Below are positions 59,507 to 64,000 of a DNA stretch of 64,000 bases, piece after piece. The DNA is from Acidimicrobiia bacterium (GTDB taxonomy: Bacteria; Actinomycetota; Acidimicrobiia; Spongiisociales; ZC4RG35). The number at the start of each line of letters is the position of its first letter. Positions within the stretch are counted from its first letter, which is position 1. The DNA is taken from contig DATGOV010000038.1 in the NCBI GenBank assembly GCA_035305585.1, positions 3,744 to 67,743 on the forward strand, given 5' to 3'. Under the pieces are notes generated by a model. The model did no database searches. It worked only from the letters and a program-made list of their open reading frames with translations, and was not told the origin of the DNA. Position numbers and translations under genes: made by a program.

Positions 59507-61366
59507 TCAAGAAGCCGACATCAGCTTCCGAGACAGCCAGTCGAGGACGATGTCGAACCGCTCCTCCCGATGGCGGGGCGTTCCGCTGCGGGTGAGTTCG
59601 TGGCCTTCGCCGGGGAAGCGGACGAACTCTGCCTCCACCCCGTTCCGGAGCAGAGCGTCGAAGTACTGCTCGGCTTGCTCCATCGGGCAGCGGTAGTCGT
59701 TTTCCGAGTGGATCACGAGCGTAGGAGTGCGCACCTGGGAGGCGAGGCGGAGCGGGCTGCGGTCCCATTCCAGTTCCGGATCCCCGAGATAGCTCTGAGC
59801 GAACCAGCCGCCGATGTCGGACGTGCCACCGAACGAGGGCCACGAGAGGAGGGCCCGTTCGACGATCGCCGCCTTCCAGCGGTCTTGGTGGGCGATCAGC
59901 CAGGCGGTGAGGAAGCCACCGTACGACCCGCCCATCACGCCCATTCGCTCCTCGTCGAGTCGGGGAAATCGCTCCAGAGCAGCCCCGACGACCGTGTCGA
60001 TGTCTTCCATGTCGACGCGTCCCCAGCCGTCGCCACGGACGGCGCGGAGGAACTCCCGGTCGCGCCCGCCGGAGCCGCGGGGGTTCGTCGCCACAACGCC
60101 GTATCCCGCCTCGGCGTACACCTGGAATTCGTCGAAGTAGCCCCAGCCGTACTGGGCTGCAGGCCCGCCGTGGATGTTGAGCAACAGCGGTACTTTCCCC
60201 GTGCCCGGTGGCAGGTAGACCCACACGTCGAGACCGTCGACGACGAAGTGATGAGGGTGGATCACCTCCGGTCGCCTCCCGCCGAAGTCGTCGAGGGTGC
60301 CGGTGCTGCCCGGGCGGCGGATCACGAGACGGGCCGGTTGCTCTACTGAGGTGATCGTGTAGGCGAGGGTTCCAGCCTGCTGATCGAATCCGGTCACAAC
60401 CGCCGGCTCGTCTACGAGCATCTCGAGGTCGCCGACCGATCCGATCGAGGCGATGCCCACCCGGCCGGAATCGACGAACGGGACGAGGGCGCGGCGTCCG
60501 TCGAAGCAGAACCGGTCGGGACCACCGGCTAGCGAGAAGAAGCCCCTCTTCGGCTCGGAGACGACGGGGCGCGGTTCGTCCTCGAGCCGCCACAGCGTGG
60601 GAAGCTCCGGGAAGTCGAGACCCGGATTGCCGAGGGCGTGGAGGGTGCCGTCTGGGTCGAAGACGAGCGTGTACCAGGAGCCCCGCGGTGCGGCCTGTTC
60701 GGCCGATCCGCCGTCAGCCGGAGCGGCGACGATGTCCACCCCGGGCCGGTAGCCGGGTCGATCGGACAGGTCGGTGGAGAAGGCGATCGTCGAGCCGTCT
60801 GGCGACCAGGCAGGCCCCAACTCGTCGTTGTCGCCCTCGGTCAACCGTCGCGCGACGCTGTCTCCTTCGACGTCGACGATGTACACCTGCCGGCGCCGGT
60901 CGTGGATCCAGCCGATACCGTCGGCACGGTAGTCACGCCGGGTGATCCGTCGGGGGCGGCGAGCGCGCTCCTCGTCGTCGAGGTCTGCCCACTCCTCCGT
61001 CCATTCCACGCCCACGATGGCGATGCGGCTCCCGTCGGGGCTCCAGGCCGGCCTTCCCATCACGCCCAACGAAAAGGAGGTCAGGATCCTGGCTTCACCG
61101 CCGTCCACGTCGATGATCGCCAGCTGGGGGTGGTTGTCGACTCTCCGCACGAAGGCGAGCCGGCGTCCGTCGGGCGACCACTGAGGCGAGCCGTCGCTCT
61201 CCCCCGTGGTGAAACGACGATGCCCGTCCGAGGTCGCCAGCCAGATGTCGCGAACGTAACGGTCCTCTTCCACGTCGATGGTCGTGACGACATAGGCGAC
61301 CCGGTCCCCGTCGGGAGACACGACGGGCTCGGACGGTGTGGCGATTCCGTGCAGGCGTGAAGACAC
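59507..61366 (-). CDS. S9 family prolyl oligopeptidase / acylaminoacyl peptidase
   Basis: WSPDG propeller repeats, IHGGP, GGSYGG, HSENDYRCP, EGHEL; RBS CAGGAG before GTG 61366. Confidence 0.9.
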   Translation of the reverse strand: MSSRLHGIATPSEPVVSPDGDRVAYVVTTIDVEEDRYVRDIWLATSDGHRRFTTGESDGSPQWSPDGRRLAFVRRVDNHPQLAIIDVDGGEARILTSFSLGVMGRPAWSPDGSRIAIVGVEWTEEWADLDDEERARRPRRITRRDYRADGIGWIHDRRRQVYIVDVEGDSVARRLTEGDNDELGPAWSPDGSTIAFSTDLSDRPGYRPGVDIVAAPADGGSAEQAAPRGSWYTLVFDPDGTLHALGNPGLDFPELPTLWRLEDEPRPVVSEPKRGFFSLAGGPDRFCFDGRRALVPFVDSGRVGIASIGSVGDLEMLVDEPAVVTGFDQQAGTLAYTITSVEQPARLVIRRPGSTGTLDDFGGRRPEVIHPHHFVVDGLDVWVYLPPGTGKVPLLLNIHGGPAAQYGWGYFDEFQVYAEAGYGVVATNPRGSGGRDREFLRAVRGDGWGRVDMEDIDTVVGAALERFPRLDEERMGVMGGSYGGFLTAWLIAHQDRWKAAIVERALLSWPSFGGTSDIGGWFAQSYLGDPELEWDRSPLRLASQVRTPTLVIHSENDYRCPMEQAEQYFDALLRNGVEAEFVRFPGEGHELTRSGTPRHREERFDIVLDWLSRKLMSAS

Positions 61367-61409
61367 TGGTTTCTCCTGGCTGAGGCCACGGAACCCTACT
61401 CTCCTCGCC

Positions 61410-61862
61410 GTGGCTCGATTCATCGCCTCGTTCTTCGGGACAGGCCTGATCCTGCGCCGGCTCCGCGGGGCCGACGCGGGCTCGGGAACCGTGGGCTCGC
61501 TCTTCGCCTTGGCGGCTTCGTTGGCCCTGTATAGGGTCGACGTTCTGGCACAGGTCGCAGCCCTGCTGGCGACGATCGCGGCGTCGCTCCTCGCCGTTCG
61601 TCCCTTCGCCAGCACTGAAGGCGATCCCGGCTGGGTCGTGATCGACGAGGCCGCCGGGACCTTTCTCGCCACCCTCGGATTGACCGGAATTCCCGCAGTG
61701 GCGGCGTGGGTGGTGTTCCGGGCGGCCGACATCTTCAAGCGTGCCTTCTTCGGGGTGGCCTGGGCAGAACGACTTCCTGGCAGCGTGGGGGTGACGGCCG
61801 ACGACTTGCTGGCGGGCCTGTACGGGCTGGCTGTCGGGTGGGCCGTGCACGCGTTGATTTGA
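61410..61862 (+). CDS. pgpA: Phosphatidylglycerophosphatase A family protein
   Basis: FGTG, SGTVGS, DPGWVVIDE, VFRAADIFK, GVTADDLLAG; leaderless TACTCT + 7 nt + GTG. Confidence 0.85.
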   Translation: MARFIASFFGTGLILRRLRGADAGSGTVGSLFALAASLALYRVDVLAQVAALLATIAASLLAVRPFASTEGDPGWVVIDEAAGTFLATLGLTGIPAVAAWVVFRAADIFKRAFFGVAWAERLPGSVGVTADDLLAGLYGLAVGWAVHALI

Positions 61863-61891
61863 GGCCACCGTCGACCGGGAGTGGTATGGTC

Positions 61892-62009
61892 GCCGCACAA
61901 CCGAATCGGGCCCTGTCTGGGGAAGTCCGGTCGAAGTCCGGCGCTGACCCGCAACCGTAGGTCGTCTCTTTCGAGGCGGCGAGCCGGGATACCAGGCAGT
62001 GGCTGCGGC
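61892..62009 (+). ncRNA. Cobalamin riboswitch
   Basis: GGGGAAGTCCGGTCGAAGTCCGGCGCTGACCCGCAACCGT...GAGCCGGGATACC core; GCCGCA/TGCGGC closing helix; extended -10 TGG-TATGGT just upstream. Confidence 0.9.
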
Positions 62010-62138
62010 TCCGAACAACCCCGTCGTGGTCTGCGGGGGGAGCCCGGGGACGGAAGATCCCTCTCACGCCATGCGAGCGGAACCTTCCCTCACTGGGTTC
62101 ACCTGCAGACCCGGAGAGAGGAAGGAAACCCAATCAAC

Positions 62139-63668
62139 ATGGCACGAACCACACGTGTCGCCACTCTCGTGGCGAGCCTCCTCGCTCTCTTCCTGCTCGC
62201 CGGGTCCGTGTCGGCGCAGGAAGCTTCTCCGGGTCTCGCAGCTGCCGATTGGATCGCCGGTGAGTTGGCGTCCGACGAGCCGAGCTTCGACGAGTTCGGT
62301 GTGGCTCCGGCTCGGGCCGACGTCATCTTCGCCCTGGCAGGGCTCGGCGCTCGACCCGATGCGATACGTCAGGCAGCGGAAGACCTGCGAGCGACTGCCG
62401 CCGACTACGTCGGCGAAGATGCCGACATCGACGTCGGAGCGTTGGCGAAGGTGCTCCTGGCGGTGCAGGTGATCGGCGAGGATCCCGACGGCTTCCTGGA
62501 AGGTCGGAATCTCGAGGGCGAGCTCCGCGCCGCCCAACGCGACGACGGCACCTTCGCCGATGACACCTTCCGCCACGCCCTGGCGATGATCGCTCTGGGA
62601 GCGACCGACGGCGGCGTCCCCGAGGACGCTGTCGGAGCCCTGGTGAGTCGACAGAACGACGACGGCTCGCTGCCCGACGACTTCGATCCCGAGCAGCCGA
62701 GCATCGACAACACCGCCCTGGCCGTCCAGGCCCTGCTCGCGGCCGGAGCCGCGGAAGGCCTCTCCGAAGCAGTCGCGTTCCTCGTCGACACCCAGAACGA
62801 CGACGGCTCCTGGCCCAATCCCTTCGGCGCACCGAACGCCAACACGGTCGGTCTGGCCGGCCAGGCGTTGCGGGCCGCCGCTGAGACCGAAGCCGCCGAC
62901 AGGGCAGCCGAGTTCGTCCTCTCGCTGCAGACCGAAGACGGCGGGTTCGCCTTCGACGAGACCCAATCGGAGCCGAACGGGTACGCCACGCTGCAGGCGG
63001 TCCTGGCCTTGGGCGGGCCTGCCTACCACCAGTTGACGGCTTCCTCGGACGACGCCGCCGCGGAGGATTCCGAGACGGCCTCGGCTGCCGCGGCGTGTGC
63101 CCCCGGGGAAGGGACCACCGTGGTGGTCGACTTCTCGGCATTCGGGGGATCCGTCGAGGTGGGTTGCGCCCCGACGGCGACGACTGGGGTCGAAGCACTC
63201 GAGGAAGCCGGCTTCGAGGTCGCCACCGTGGAGGGAAGCCCCTTCGTGTGCCGGATCGACGGGCTCCCCGGCCCCGACACCGAAGACTGCGCCGGCTTCC
63301 CGCCCGGAGGCGCCTTCTGGTCCTACTGGACCGCCGAGCTCGGAGGCGACTGGGCGTTCAGTTCGACAGGCCCGGCCGACCCGATCGAAGGACACCTGGA
63401 GGGCTGGGCCTTCTCCACCGGGGAGAACGAGCCGCCGGCTTTCGAGGTGCCGCCCGCCCCGACCCGAGAGGCCGCGGACACCCCGACCACTGCGACCGAC
63501 TCGGTCCCGTCCACCACGGAGGCCGACACCACGACGACGCTTCCCGCGTCCGACGACGAAGGGGGAGCAGGGGCGGGACCGTTCGTGGCGGGCGCCGCCC
63601 TCGTGGTCGTGCTCGGCGTGGCCGGGCTCGTGATGGCTCGCCGACGACGGGAAACCGGAGAGCCATGA
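62139..63668 (+). CDS. Surface-anchored prenyltransferase/squalene-oxidase-repeat protein with DUF4430-like C-domain, putative cobalamin-binding protein
   Basis: Signal peptide; QRDDGTF/QNDDGSL/QNDDGSW/QTEDGGF repeats; VVVDF..C..FVCRIDGLP..C..FWSYW domain; Thr-rich linker; TM + RRRR; follows riboswitch. Confidence 0.8.
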   Translation: MARTTRVATLVASLLALFLLAGSVSAQEASPGLAAADWIAGELASDEPSFDEFGVAPARADVIFALAGLGARPDAIRQAAEDLRATAADYVGEDADIDVGALAKVLLAVQVIGEDPDGFLEGRNLEGELRAAQRDDGTFADDTFRHALAMIALGATDGGVPEDAVGALVSRQNDDGSLPDDFDPEQPSIDNTALAVQALLAAGAAEGLSEAVAFLVDTQNDDGSWPNPFGAPNANTVGLAGQALRAAAETEAADRAAEFVLSLQTEDGGFAFDETQSEPNGYATLQAVLALGGPAYHQLTASSDDAAAEDSETASAAAACAPGEGTTVVVDFSAFGGSVEVGCAPTATTGVEALEEAGFEVATVEGSPFVCRIDGLPGPDTEDCAGFPPGGAFWSYWTAELGGDWAFSSTGPADPIEGHLEGWAFSTGENEPPAFEVPPAPTREAADTPTTATDSVPSTTEADTTTTLPASDDEGGAGAGPFVAGAALVVVLGVAGLVMARRRRETGEP

Positions 63669-64000
63669 CGAGGCAGCTGCCCCGGCGTCTGCACGCGGGA
63701 GCCTGGTGGCTCTGGGCTCTCGGGTTGATGGCGGTGGCGACTCAGACGACCAACCCGCTCCTCCTCGGCTTGGTCGTCGCCGTCTGTGGGGTGGTCGTCG
63801 CCAGCCGCCGCGGCGGAGCGGCGTGGGCCGGCGGCTATCGCGCCTACCTCGTCGTGGCGGCGGTGGTGGTGGCGATCCGGATCTTCTTCCGGACGCTCTT
63901 CGGCGGCGGCGTGGGCTCGGACGTCCTGTTCCATCTCCCCCGCCTCTCGATCCCCGGCGGCTTGAGCGTCGGCGGGCCGGTCACCGCCCAGCAGGTGCTG
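63665..64000 (+). CDS. ECF transporter transmembrane component T (CbiQ family), 3'-truncated by window edge
   Basis: MTRQLPRRLHAGAWWLWALGL...TNPLLL..., ATGA overlap with upstream gene; open to window end. Confidence 0.8.
   Translation, partial: MTRQLPRRLHAGAWWLWALGLMAVATQTTNPLLLGLVVAVCGVVVASRRGGAAWAGGYRAYLVVAAVVVAIRIFFRTLFGGGVGSDVLFHLPRLSIPGGLSVGGPVTAQQVL

Noticed and set aside
61881-62138. N-terminal extension of the B12-binding protein in the ORF track
   Set aside because: This stretch is the riboswitch and leader; the RBS and signal peptide begin at ATG 62139
63500-63668. Sortase LPXTG signal on the B12-binding protein
   Set aside because: LPASD is not a canonical motif; treated as a plain TM anchor with basic tail

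Overview
High-GC (roughly 69% by eye) actinobacterial chromosomal segment whose gene content resembles class Acidimicrobiia (inference, not tested). It is densely packed with about 63 CDSs, almost all housekeeping or metabolic: a dispersed SUF Fe-S system with two sufC paralogues, xseAB, fumC, gltB, ino1, menE/menB/menA, ppdK, murA, gltX plus tRNA-Glu, fhs, clpP and ilvE. It ends in a cobalamin riboswitch leading a B12-type ECF uptake locus. I found no integrase, transposase, prophage or CRISPR array. The most interesting signals are: (1) a three-gene module between menE and menB encoding a 64-aa YLDPGSGS membrane peptide, a NoeA-like protein with a kinase-like N-domain fused to a SAM methyltransferase, and a membrane alkaline-phosphatase-superfamily enzyme with a Thr nucleophile; (2) a shared 16-bp palindrome CACYATC-N2-GATAGTG at the separated sufD and sufB promoters; (3) a TrxB-like/ferredoxin-NADP reductase fusion; (4) a riboswitch-controlled surface protein with transcobalamin-like architecture; and (5) readable operators (HspR HAIR, paired DnaA boxes, a CRP/Rex-like site). 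All family assignments come from motif recognition by eye; no database searches were run.
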